Part shown: positions 47,649 through 56,532 of the stretch, in pieces
Numbering within the stretch: the stretch's first letter is position 1
Layout of the letters: every line of letters begins with the position of its first letter
Virus record (IMG/VR): IMGVR_UViG_3300023110_001943
Span: 1-64,000 of that record
From: a virus
DNA: 64,000 bases
Reading direction: 5' to 3' (one strand)
The notes under the pieces: generated by a model
What the model saw: the letters and a program-made list of their open reading frames with translations, nothing else
Told to the model about the DNA's origin: nothing
Databases searched by the model: none
Translations under genes and position numbers: made by a program

Positions 47649-49556
47649 ATGAAAGGTACATTTATATCTGCAGACTTTGTTGAAGATTCTAACGGAAATA
47701 TAAAATTCTTAGAATTCAATACAGATACAGCTGCAACTCAGGCATTATTGAGTAACAACCCTTGGGTTAATCTAATAGAACTAATAAGTGGGTCTGCACT
47801 AACAGGTCAAGAAATTACAAAGTTTCATGTAATACACAAACCTTCGGTTCATCAAAATATTGTAAATAATCTATCACAATCATTAGCAGAATCTGCATCT
47901 CATATAACAAGTTTTACGGAACATCGAGAAGAACTTGAAACAATATATCCTACCAATGTTACTGATGCTGATGATACTTTTATTTTAAGAATAGCCTATG
48001 ATGAAAACGCGATATTAGATTCTACATATTGTAAGGATGGTACTAACGCTTTACGATTGTTTAATGAAAATAATGATTTAGATTCGGCAGTACCTTATTA
48101 TTATTCAAGTTCTACTGAAATTATAAACTCACTTAACATAACTTTAAATCCAAATAATTATCCTGATTTTGCTATTAAATCAAACAACCCAACAGATTCA
48201 GTTAATTTTTTTAAAGCAGGTCCAGTATTATCAGGTAGTACTTATGTTTCATCTTCAGAGTTTACTGGTGAAAGAATATCAAATTTTACTTCAAGTTTTT
48301 TTGAAGGCCTTCAAAATGAAAATACAGTTATAATGAACTATCTGTATCCATCGGAAACCGATACCGATGGTACAGTATCTTCGCTACGAACATATCATAT
48401 TACTTATGGAAATACTTTAAGTAGTATTCATCTTGGTGGATATCGTGTGTATGCACCACTTTCATTACCAACTGGTAGTCAAATAGATTGGAACGAAAGT
48501 ACGAGTTCCATAGTTGAATTAGGTAAAAAACATTATCATGAATTTTCAACATCTAATATCAAAGAAAATGCATTTATGAAACCAGGTGTATTTGAAACAG
48601 AAAAAATAGTATCATCGAGTGGTGAAACAATTGATGTTGAATTTATATATGAAAATTATAGTGGTTCAAATATAGAACTAAAAACAATATTCATTAGTGG
48701 GTCACCTGACACAGATTCACCAAGTGAGTATCTATCTTGGTATCATGGTGGAAACGAATTACCAAGTGGTTCTTTTGTAACCTCATCTAATGTTGTAAGT
48801 GTTATACGAAATACCGCAGTAGATTTTACATTAGTTGGTATAAATATTTCAGGTAGTAGTGAAATTCAATATCTTTCACCTATTAGTAATGTACTTGTAT
48901 ATGAATCATCTTCAAATGAAACAAAGTTCTTACCAGTAAAGCAAATTAGGTCTAAAGATGAACCAGGATATTTTGCATATGGTACTGATGGTACTCTTAG
49001 AAAAATTATAGATAATGAATATATAGTTTTAAACAACAACACTACTGGTAGCTTCTATTCCGTTGATGTAGAAACTAATGATTATTATTTTGTGAGTGAT
49101 TTTGCAAGTGTAGCGTTAGGAATACACAACAACTTTTGCTTTGTTGCTGGAACGGAAGTTTTACTTTCAAATAACGATGTTAAAAATATTGAAGATTTAC
49201 AAGAAGGTGATGAAGTACTATCATTTGATGTTGAAAATAATAAAACAGCAATATCAACAGTTGGAAAGATTAGTTCACAAGAGGCAAATCAGGTAGTGAG
49301 ATTAACGATAAATAATGAAAAAGTAATAGTATGTACCCCAGAACACCCATTCTATGTAGTTGGTAAGGGGTATCAAAAGGCTAAAGATTTAGATTTTGGA
49401 TTTGATTTATTAGATTCAAACGGAAATTCTCAATTTATATCTACGGTTGAGATATTGGATGAAACTCGCATGGTGTATAATTTACATAATGTAGAACCAT
49501 ATAAAAACTTTTTTGTAGATAATTTATTAGTACATAACAAACCAGGACCAACATAA
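47649..49556 (+). CDS. ATP-grasp-like protein with two tandem Hint (intein-like) domains
   Basis: ADF..D.NG..KFLEFNTDT at N-terminus; Hint1 about G313-N494 ending VDVE..DYYFV...IHN; Hint2 C497-N630 with CFVAGT, TPEH, VYNL..VHN. Confidence 0.8.
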   Translation: MKGTFISADFVEDSNGNIKFLEFNTDTAATQALLSNNPWVNLIELISGSALTGQEITKFHVIHKPSVHQNIVNNLSQSLAESASHITSFTEHREELETIYPTNVTDADDTFILRIAYDENAILDSTYCKDGTNALRLFNENNDLDSAVPYYYSSSTEIINSLNITLNPNNYPDFAIKSNNPTDSVNFFKAGPVLSGSTYVSSSEFTGERISNFTSSFFEGLQNENTVIMNYLYPSETDTDGTVSSLRTYHITYGNTLSSIHLGGYRVYAPLSLPTGSQIDWNESTSSIVELGKKHYHEFSTSNIKENAFMKPGVFETEKIVSSSGETIDVEFIYENYSGSNIELKTIFISGSPDTDSPSEYLSWYHGGNELPSGSFVTSSNVVSVIRNTAVDFTLVGINISGSSEIQYLSPISNVLVYESSSNETKFLPVKQIRSKDEPGYFAYGTDGTLRKIIDNEYIVLNNNTTGSFYSVDVETNDYYFVSDFASVALGIHNNFCFVAGTEVLLSNNDVKNIEDLQEGDEVLSFDVENNKTAISTVGKISSQEANQVVRLTINNEKVIVCTPEHPFYVVGKGYQKAKDLDFGFDLLDSNGNSQFISTVEILDETRMVYNLHNVEPYKNFFVDNLLVHNKPGPT

Positions 49557-49559
49557 GAT

Positions 49560-49715
49560 ATGACAGATTTAGAATTACAAAATAAAATATATAGAAAAAA
49601 ATTAATAGGAACATCTTCGGTTGAAGTAGAAAGAAGTATAACTGATGATAAACTATCCGCTGCTAATACTATTGTAACAAATTTATTGGGATATATTTTA
49701 GCCAAACATTCTTAA
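49560..49715 (+). CDS. Small protein (51 aa) co-transcribed with the Hint protein
   Basis: ATG 3 nt after Hint-gene stop; MTDLELQNKIYRKKLIG...LAKHS. Confidence 0.6.
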   Translation: MTDLELQNKIYRKKLIGTSSVEVERSITDDKLSAANTIVTNLLGYILAKHS

Positions 49716-49749
49716 TACTTTATATTTATATTCGTAAAGATGTTACTTT

Positions 49750-50280
49750 ATGGATATAAATAAAATTGTTCAATTAAGGCTACTTAAAGAAGATTTCAAG
49801 AAACTCCCCTTCTCAGAAAACTACACTACTTTATTTGTAGATAAATCTAATTACCAAAAATTCATTTTGGAACTACTTCGCGTATCAGATTTGATGCATG
49901 AAGATTTTGAATGGAAAGGTATTCCAAACGAAGATACACTTCACCGAAGATTTAATCACAACTCACATTGTTTATTTTGGATTTATAATGATGAGCCTAT
50001 CGGATGGGCTTGGTCTAATTATAATGTTACACCATTATGGGAAGAATCTATCCAAGAATTATCAGAAGGTGAAATATACGGAGGTGGTGCATTCTTATCT
50101 CGTAGAGTAAAAAGACCTCCAAACTCTGGTCTTATATTCTATAACTTAACATTTGATTATTGGTTAAACGAAATGAATAATGATTGTATATTACAATACT
50201 CTGATGATTGGAATCGGGTATCATCAATCATGAGTTACAAAAATGGTTTTAAAAACTATAACTTTATAAAGGAAGAATAA
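49750..50280 (+). CDS. GNAT-fold-like protein
   Basis: PIGWAW beta strand, DDWNRVS...KNGF C-terminal GNAT-type motif. Confidence 0.5.
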   Translation: MDINKIVQLRLLKEDFKKLPFSENYTTLFVDKSNYQKFILELLRVSDLMHEDFEWKGIPNEDTLHRRFNHNSHCLFWIYNDEPIGWAWSNYNVTPLWEESIQELSEGEIYGGGAFLSRRVKRPPNSGLIFYNLTFDYWLNEMNNDCILQYSDDWNRVSSIMSYKNGFKNYNFIKEE

Positions 50281-50942
50281 TGGCAGAGAACATTTCAAAA
50301 ACCCCACCAAGGGGTAAAATCAAATTTGATATCACATTATCAGAAGAACAAAAACATGCTAAAACGGCAATCTTATATCATCCATATAATTTTGTTTTGG
50401 GTAAAGCTGGTAGTGGTAAAACACTCCTAGCGGTACAGATTGCATTAGATATGTTTTTTACAAGACAAATAAATAAAATCATTATAACAAGACCAACAGT
50501 ATCAAATGAAGATAATGGATATCTACCAGGTTCACTTACAGAAAAGATGGAGCCTTGGTTAGTTCCAATTCGTTCTAACATGAGAAAGGTTTATAACAAA
50601 CCTGCTATATTACAAAAAATGGAATCGAATGAAGATATTGAATTAGTATCACTATCACATTTTAGAGGAAGAACATTTGATAATTCGGCGGTAATTGTAG
50701 ATGAGTTTCAAAACTTAACTAAACAACAACTTGGAATGGTGTTAGGTAGATTGGGTAAAGGTTCTACAATGATGTTATGTGGAGACCCACAGCAGATTGA
50801 TTTAAAGTTTGGTAATGATTCTGCAATACATGAAGTTCCTAAATTAAAAGGTTCTCAATATGTTTATTCTGTTAATCTTTTAGATAATCACAGACACGAA
50901 GCATTAGATGAGTTATTAAACTTATTACAACAATATGCCTAA
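50280..50942 (+). CDS. phoH: PhoH-like ATPase
   Basis: GKAGSGKT, ITRP, GYLPG, RGRTF, DEFQN, GDPQQ. Confidence 0.93.
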   Translation: MAENISKTPPRGKIKFDITLSEEQKHAKTAILYHPYNFVLGKAGSGKTLLAVQIALDMFFTRQINKIIITRPTVSNEDNGYLPGSLTEKMEPWLVPIRSNMRKVYNKPAILQKMESNEDIELVSLSHFRGRTFDNSAVIVDEFQNLTKQQLGMVLGRLGKGSTMMLCGDPQQIDLKFGNDSAIHEVPKLKGSQYVYSVNLLDNHRHEALDELLNLLQQYA

Positions 50943-51558
50943 ACCAAGATTATTTATATGTGGTGATTCTTTTGTGGATTGGGATATTCCTACATACCAT
51001 TGGACTGATTATTTAAAAGAACACTATGATGTAATTATACTTGGAGAACGAGGTTCTGATAACATATCAATAATATTTCAGCTAGGAAACTTACCACAAT
51101 ATAAAGATGGTGATAGGATAATAATATATTGGTCAGACCCATCACGAATACAAAAACTTTATTGGGGAAAACATAAACCAAAAAGAAAAGGTAGATGGTG
51201 GGATTACTCTCATCTATTTGAAAAGGATAGAATACCTACTTTAGAAAAAATGAAAGTAGATAGAACTATTGGTTGGGAAACCGATGGTTTAGGTAATGAA
51301 GTGAAATTTATAAAAAAATTAAAAGATTTATTATCTCAATATAAACCAATATACGTTACCTGGAATTCTTTTTTTCATGAACATACAAAAGAGGTTACTG
51401 AATTAATTCAAGTTTCTTCTTTACAAGATGAGGTTGGTAATGGTGAAACTGTGGGAGATTGGCATCCTGGAGAAAAAGGTTGTTATGATATTTATAAAAT
51501 ACTTTTAAATAAGTTAGGTGATGAAGTGCCATTACCATTTAAAAATAATTTGTTATGA
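50935..51558 (+). CDS. SGNH/GDSL-like protein
   Basis: CGDSF, GSDN, YWS, DWHPG. Confidence 0.7.
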   Translation: MPKPRLFICGDSFVDWDIPTYHWTDYLKEHYDVIILGERGSDNISIIFQLGNLPQYKDGDRIIIYWSDPSRIQKLYWGKHKPKRKGRWWDYSHLFEKDRIPTLEKMKVDRTIGWETDGLGNEVKFIKKLKDLLSQYKPIYVTWNSFFHEHTKEVTELIQVSSLQDEVGNGETVGDWHPGEKGCYDIYKILLNKLGDEVPLPFKNNLL

Positions 51559-52175
51559 AAAGGTGTTGGTTCTTCGGTGATTCTTTTACTCGTGGTGATA
51601 TGTGTTATGAGGGTGATACTTACTACAATATGACATATCATGTAGGATGTAAAAGATGGACTGAAATTGTATCTGATTATTTAAATATGAAAGAAGAGAA
51701 TTGGGCTTGGGGAGGTAACTCCAATTTACATATACTATATGATTTGATTAGAAATGTAAATATCTTTGAAAAAAATGAGTGGGTAATTGTAGGAGATACG
51801 CGGCCAAATAGATTAATATCATTTAAAGAAAATGGTGATATACGAAATCAAATTAATGACCCACACTTTGGTTATAAAAAAGGAGATAAAGTAGTACTTG
51901 ATTATATACTTGAAGAAATTATTCCTAATGAAAAATATTATCAAGATTATTATGAAACTATGTTTTTAGAAATATTAAAATCTTTAGAAAAACGAGGGGT
52001 TAATACTTTATTTTGGAAACATACAGATTTTTGGTATCCCAACCCTAAATTAGAAAGTATTCAACAACATACTAATTATAAAATAAAAGATTTACATTAT
52101 TCTTGGAATGCTCATGCTAAAAAGGCTGAAATTATAATTTCAAAAATTAATAAAGAGGAAAAACAAATTTTATGA
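51555..52175 (+). CDS. SGNH/GDSL-like protein
   Basis: FGDSFTRG, GNSN, DLHYS. Confidence 0.7.
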   Translation: MKRCWFFGDSFTRGDMCYEGDTYYNMTYHVGCKRWTEIVSDYLNMKEENWAWGGNSNLHILYDLIRNVNIFEKNEWVIVGDTRPNRLISFKENGDIRNQINDPHFGYKKGDKVVLDYILEEIIPNEKYYQDYYETMFLEILKSLEKRGVNTLFWKHTDFWYPNPKLESIQQHTNYKIKDLHYSWNAHAKKAEIIISKINKEEKQIL

Positions 52176-52645
52176 AATTTTTAAAAATACTTTCAGAGAA
52201 ACGTTGTATAGAATATGTTAAGTATTTTGATAATTACAACTACGATGATGTACAGGTAACTGGCTCAAAAATTATTAGAAACTATCCTTTAGTTATGGAG
52301 TTATGTAAAGAATTAAAACCAATTATAGAAAAAAATATTACTTTTGATTTAGAACCAATACAAGGATGGATACGAAAGTATGTGAAGGGTAATATACTAC
52401 ATAGACATTGGGATGGTAAGGCAGATTGTGCTTTTAGTATTATGTTAAAACAATCCGATGAAAAAGAAAATCCATTACTTATATATTATGAAGATGTACC
52501 TGAAAGTATAATATTAGATGTTGGTGATGGTTATTTTTTTGAAGGAGGTACGATAGAACATGAACGACCAACCATACAATCGGATTATTTATATGGAATG
52601 TATCTTGGGTATCGAAAAATAAAAAGAGAAACAAAATTATTATGA
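52172..52645 (+). CDS. 2OG-Fe(II) oxygenase
   Basis: RKY..G..L.RHWD...GDG..F.G...HER. Confidence 0.75.
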   Translation: MKFLKILSEKRCIEYVKYFDNYNYDDVQVTGSKIIRNYPLVMELCKELKPIIEKNITFDLEPIQGWIRKYVKGNILHRHWDGKADCAFSIMLKQSDEKENPLLIYYEDVPESIILDVGDGYFFEGGTIEHERPTIQSDYLYGMYLGYRKIKRETKLL

Positions 52646-53667
52646 AAAATGATTTTATATGTAGTACTCCATTTAAGTATTCAGAAATAACTAACGATGG
52701 TCAGTTTTTATGTTGTCCTGGATGGTTGCCTGTAAATGTAAAAGATTCCGATAACTTTAAACAAAACTTTTATAATAAAAAATCTAAAGAAATCAGAGAA
52801 TCAATATTGGATGGTTCTTATAAATTTTGTAAAGAAAATCTTTGTCCCCATCTATCTTCATTTAACAAAGGAAATCTGCCATCTGCCTTTAAACCAAAAA
52901 CAAATCCTATATTTAAAAACCCAAAACTAAATTGGTTAACATTTGGATTTGATTTATCGTGTAATCTTGGATGTCCATCTTGTAGAAGTGAATTTATAAA
53001 CTTTGTAGGAGAACAAAGAATACAAATGGATAAGATAATGGATAATATAATAGAACAACTTGGTTCTGAATTAACAGGTCTTTCTATTTGTGGTGGAGCA
53101 GAACCTTTCTTTTCTAAAACAATGATGAGGTTTATGAGGGAGTTTGATGCAAGTAAGTTTCCTAAACTTAAAAAAATTCACCTACATACAAATGGTACTT
53201 TGTGGAATAAAAATTCATGGAAGGCAATAACACCAATTCATAAATACATCAGTACTTGTGAGATATCAATGGATGCTGGTACGAAAGAAGTTTACAATAT
53301 TGTTAGGTTAGGTGGTGATTGGGATAAGTTAATGAACAATATAGATTTTATTTTAACAATACCTACTATTAAATCAATTAGATTTTCTTTTGTAGTTCAA
53401 CAAAGAAACTATAAAGATATGGAAAACTTTTATAAACTTATTCATTTTAAGATGAAAGATAGTGATAAAACTTTTGAAATATTTTTTAATCCTATTGTAG
53501 AATGGGGAGAATTTGAACAACAAAATAATTTTAAAGAGCAAGAAATCCACAACCCATCTCATTCAGAATATTCTCAGTTCATAGAAGAATTAATGAAGGT
53601 ACATAGAAAACCAAATGTATCACATTCATTTCATGATAAAATTACTACAAAAAAAGTTTTAATTTAA
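52642..53667 (+). CDS. Radical SAM enzyme with N-terminal twitch/SPASM-like Cys cluster
   Basis: CNLGCPSC, GGAEPF, TNG, SMDA; N-terminal C...CC...C..C. Confidence 0.85.
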   Translation: MKNDFICSTPFKYSEITNDGQFLCCPGWLPVNVKDSDNFKQNFYNKKSKEIRESILDGSYKFCKENLCPHLSSFNKGNLPSAFKPKTNPIFKNPKLNWLTFGFDLSCNLGCPSCRSEFINFVGEQRIQMDKIMDNIIEQLGSELTGLSICGGAEPFFSKTMMRFMREFDASKFPKLKKIHLHTNGTLWNKNSWKAITPIHKYISTCEISMDAGTKEVYNIVRLGGDWDKLMNNIDFILTIPTIKSIRFSFVVQQRNYKDMENFYKLIHFKMKDSDKTFEIFFNPIVEWGEFEQQNNFKEQEIHNPSHSEYSQFIEELMKVHRKPNVSHSFHDKITTKKVLI

Positions 53668-53687
53668 TTAAAAATAATTCACTTTTT

Positions 53688-53732
53688 GCTTGGATATTTC
53701 ATATTTTTTTCGTATATTTACTATGTAAATGA
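53688..53732 (+). promoter_or_regulatory. Early promoter (near-copy of the 4941 cassette head)
   Basis: GCTTGG...TTTCGTATATTTACTATGTAAATGA. Confidence 0.8.
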
Positions 53733-53902
53733 GTGATAAGATATGAAAGTAAAAGATTTAAAAAAGTTATTAGAGAATATGAATGGGGATTTACCTGTTG
53801 TATTCAAAGTAGATGGTTTCAATTTTAGAGAAGTTGAGACTGGTAAGATTAGTTACATTAGAAGAAAAGTAATTTTAGAATAATAATAAACCTTAAAACA
53901 AT

Positions 53903-54121
53903 ATGAAAACACTTTTAGAAAGATTGAAGCCTAAGATTGTTAAAAATTTATACAATCAAGAAAAAGATTATCCAATTACAGTTGGAGACTTACTAAAAAA
54001 GTTAAACGAGAGTGTTGCAGTTACTGAATTAACATTGGGTGAACTCAATAACTTATCGAGTTTTTCACCGAATCCAACAATTAAGATTCTCGATTTATAT
54101 AATATGTTTGAAAACTTATAA
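53903..54121 (+). CDS. Small early hypothetical protein
   Basis: MKTLLERLKP, AAACCTTAAA leader. Confidence 0.6.
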   Translation: MKTLLERLKPKIVKNLYNQEKDYPITVGDLLKKLNESVAVTELTLGELNNLSSFSPNPTIKILDLYNMFENL

Positions 54122-54317
54122 AACCTTAAATTTAAAATTATGATAAAAACAATTAAATCCAAATTATTAACTTACCTTTTCAAAGATTGGGTAATGAATG
54201 AAACAGATTTAGAAACCCTTAAAGTATCTAAGAACTTTATTAAAAAAAGAGAAATAGAAATTACAGGTCATGTACCAGTTTTAGGATTTAGGTCTCACCT
54301 TCAACAAGAAGATTAGT

Positions 54318-55556
54318 ATGAAAAAAATATTTTTATTAATATCTTTGCTATTAATTGGATGTAGTAAAGAAGAGTTGATTTTTTCAAATTCTGCTGGTAT
54401 TGATATTGATGATGTAGAAGTTGAACCACCACAAGCTCCACCGCCGTTTGAAATATATGGAACATCTTTTGAAACCCATGAATATAATAATGGATATTAT
54501 AGTTTACATACAACTAAACTACCAGATGACCCATGGCTTATTGTTGGCATAACATATGTTGATTTTAATAAAGATGGTTATGTTGATATAGTTGGTAAAG
54601 ATGAATATAACCCATCTGTTTTAAAATTATACACAAATCAAGGGGATGGCACCTACGAGGTATCTATACTTCCCTCTGAAAATGGATTTCCTTTTGATGA
54701 AGTAGGACCTCGAAAGGTAATATCAGCAGATGTTAACAATGATGGTGAATTAGATATTATAGTTGGGTTAGCACCAGATGATTTTGAAAACCCAAGAGGA
54801 TTGTATATTTTTGAAAATAAAGGGAATGGTGAAAGTTTTTATGGCCATACTATAATAAGTGGAGAACATGATTGGATTCATGCTGTATCTGCGGGTGATA
54901 TAAATAACGATGGTTTTATTGATATCTTTATGGGTGGCCTGAATTATGTATTTCTTGGAAATGGAGATTTCACTTTTACTAAAAAAGATTTACCAAACTA
55001 TATCAATAATGCGGTTTCATGTGAACTTGTTGATATAAATCAAGATGGTTTACTTGATGTACTACTTGGTTCACATAAACCAAGTTATGACCCATCAGCA
55101 GTTTGGGGTAAGTTTGGAAATTCACATTCAATACATTACGGTACAGGTGATGATAATCTTTTCTCTGAGGAATATGTTTTACAATCTAATTATGATGGTA
55201 CTAACATTACACTTGATTTTACTGTTATTGATTTTGATAATGATGGTGATTTGGATTTATTTGCTAATAGTAATTTTGATTATGGCAGTAAGTATGTTAT
55301 TCAATATTATGAAAACAACGGCTACATGAATTTTATTAATAAATCTTATGATGTATTTGAAAACGAATGTAACTTAGTTCCCAATCATAATGATATTGAT
55401 TGGATTAAATTTATTGATATGGATGATGATGGTATTAAAGAACTTATGGTAGAGGCTGCTAATTGGGATAAAACAGGTGGAGAATATTTAGAACCAAATT
55501 TTAATGGTTTTCAATTAAATGAAAATGGTAAATTTATTAGAAAAATGTTTAAATAA
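54318..55556 (+). CDS. FG-GAP/VCBS-repeat lipoprotein (beta-propeller)
   Basis: LLIGC lipobox, repeated D.N.DG..D motifs. Confidence 0.8.
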   Translation: MKKIFLLISLLLIGCSKEELIFSNSAGIDIDDVEVEPPQAPPPFEIYGTSFETHEYNNGYYSLHTTKLPDDPWLIVGITYVDFNKDGYVDIVGKDEYNPSVLKLYTNQGDGTYEVSILPSENGFPFDEVGPRKVISADVNNDGELDIIVGLAPDDFENPRGLYIFENKGNGESFYGHTIISGEHDWIHAVSAGDINNDGFIDIFMGGLNYVFLGNGDFTFTKKDLPNYINNAVSCELVDINQDGLLDVLLGSHKPSYDPSAVWGKFGNSHSIHYGTGDDNLFSEEYVLQSNYDGTNITLDFTVIDFDNDGDLDLFANSNFDYGSKYVIQYYENNGYMNFINKSYDVFENECNLVPNHNDIDWIKFIDMDDDGIKELMVEAANWDKTGGEYLEPNFNGFQLNENGKFIRKMFK

Positions 55557-55557
55557 A

Positions 55558-55600
55558 TTAGGATATATGAAAAAAATTTCGTATATTTACATTGTAAATA
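55558..55600 (+). promoter_or_regulatory. Early promoter
   Basis: TTAGG...TTTCGTATATTTACATTGTAAAT. Confidence 0.75.
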
Positions 55601-55606
55601 AGTGAT

Positions 55607-56095
55607 ATGACAGATAAGAAAAAGATAGTTTACATCGATATGGATGGAGTCTTAGTTGACTTCGGTAAAGCAATTGATGATTGGTTTCAAAACCATCCAC
55701 ACTTAGAAGATAGATACAAAACATTTCCAGACCACATACAAGGTTTATTCAGAATAGCTCCACCAATAAAAGGAGCTATCGAAGCTGTTAAGAAACTACA
55801 TGAAAGTGGTAAGTATGAATTGTTCATTGCTACTTCTGCTCCTTGGGGTAATCCACAATCAAATACTGATAAAAGATTTTGGATAGAAGATTACTTCGGT
55901 GATATCTTTCACAAAAGAATGTTTATTACTCACAGAAAAGATTTACTGATGGGTGATTACTTAATCGATGATAGATTGAAGAATGGTGCTGGGGATTTCA
56001 AAGGTAAACTATTGAGATTTGGATACGATTGGGAAAACGATAACAAACCAAATGAGTTTCCTACTTGGGATAGTATTTTAGATTATTTATTATGA
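55607..56095 (+). CDS. 5'(3')-deoxyribonucleotidase (HAD family)
   Basis: DMDGVLVDF, TSAPW, K, LIDD. Confidence 0.88.
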   Translation: MTDKKKIVYIDMDGVLVDFGKAIDDWFQNHPHLEDRYKTFPDHIQGLFRIAPPIKGAIEAVKKLHESGKYELFIATSAPWGNPQSNTDKRFWIEDYFGDIFHKRMFITHRKDLLMGDYLIDDRLKNGAGDFKGKLLRFGYDWENDNKPNEFPTWDSILDYLL

Positions 56096-56532
56096 TGAAC
56101 AAATTATTTGATTATTTAGTTGTTATATTTTTGGTATTGGTAATGATAATGGCTGCCTCATGTACCACTCCAACTGAAGATGATGAATTTTTTGGTATAC
56201 CTGAAATGGAACTTGATGGTAGATTACCAATAGATACAAATGGTTATTATCATTTGGAACTAAATTCTTCAACAAATCAAACAATACATACAATTGGTGG
56301 TAAAGTAACCAACACATATGAACCAAGTAAAGTAACATGGGGAAGTAATTTGTTTTGGGAATTTAATGGAGAACTCGTACCCACGATAAATGGTTCTTCT
56401 TATGTTCAAGATAATGGAGATATTAATACTGTTATTGCACCCATCTTTAGTATGAGAAATGATACATTAGTAGTTCAAGCAGAACTTAATGAATGGAATA
56501 TCATACAAACAATTAAGATTGTATTAGATTAA
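56092..56532 (+). CDS. Lipoprotein
   Basis: Hydrophobic N-terminus ending AASC. Confidence 0.6.
   Translation: MMNKLFDYLVVIFLVLVMIMAASCTTPTEDDEFFGIPEMELDGRLPIDTNGYYHLELNSSTNQTIHTIGGKVTNTYEPSKVTWGSNLFWEFNGELVPTINGSSYVQDNGDINTVIAPIFSMRNDTLVVQAELNEWNIIQTIKIVLD

Noticed and set aside
49137-49538. Hint2 as a classical mobile intein
   Set aside because: No homing endonuclease, the +1 residue is Lys, the C-extein is only 5 aa, and it is not inserted in a conserved enzyme motif.
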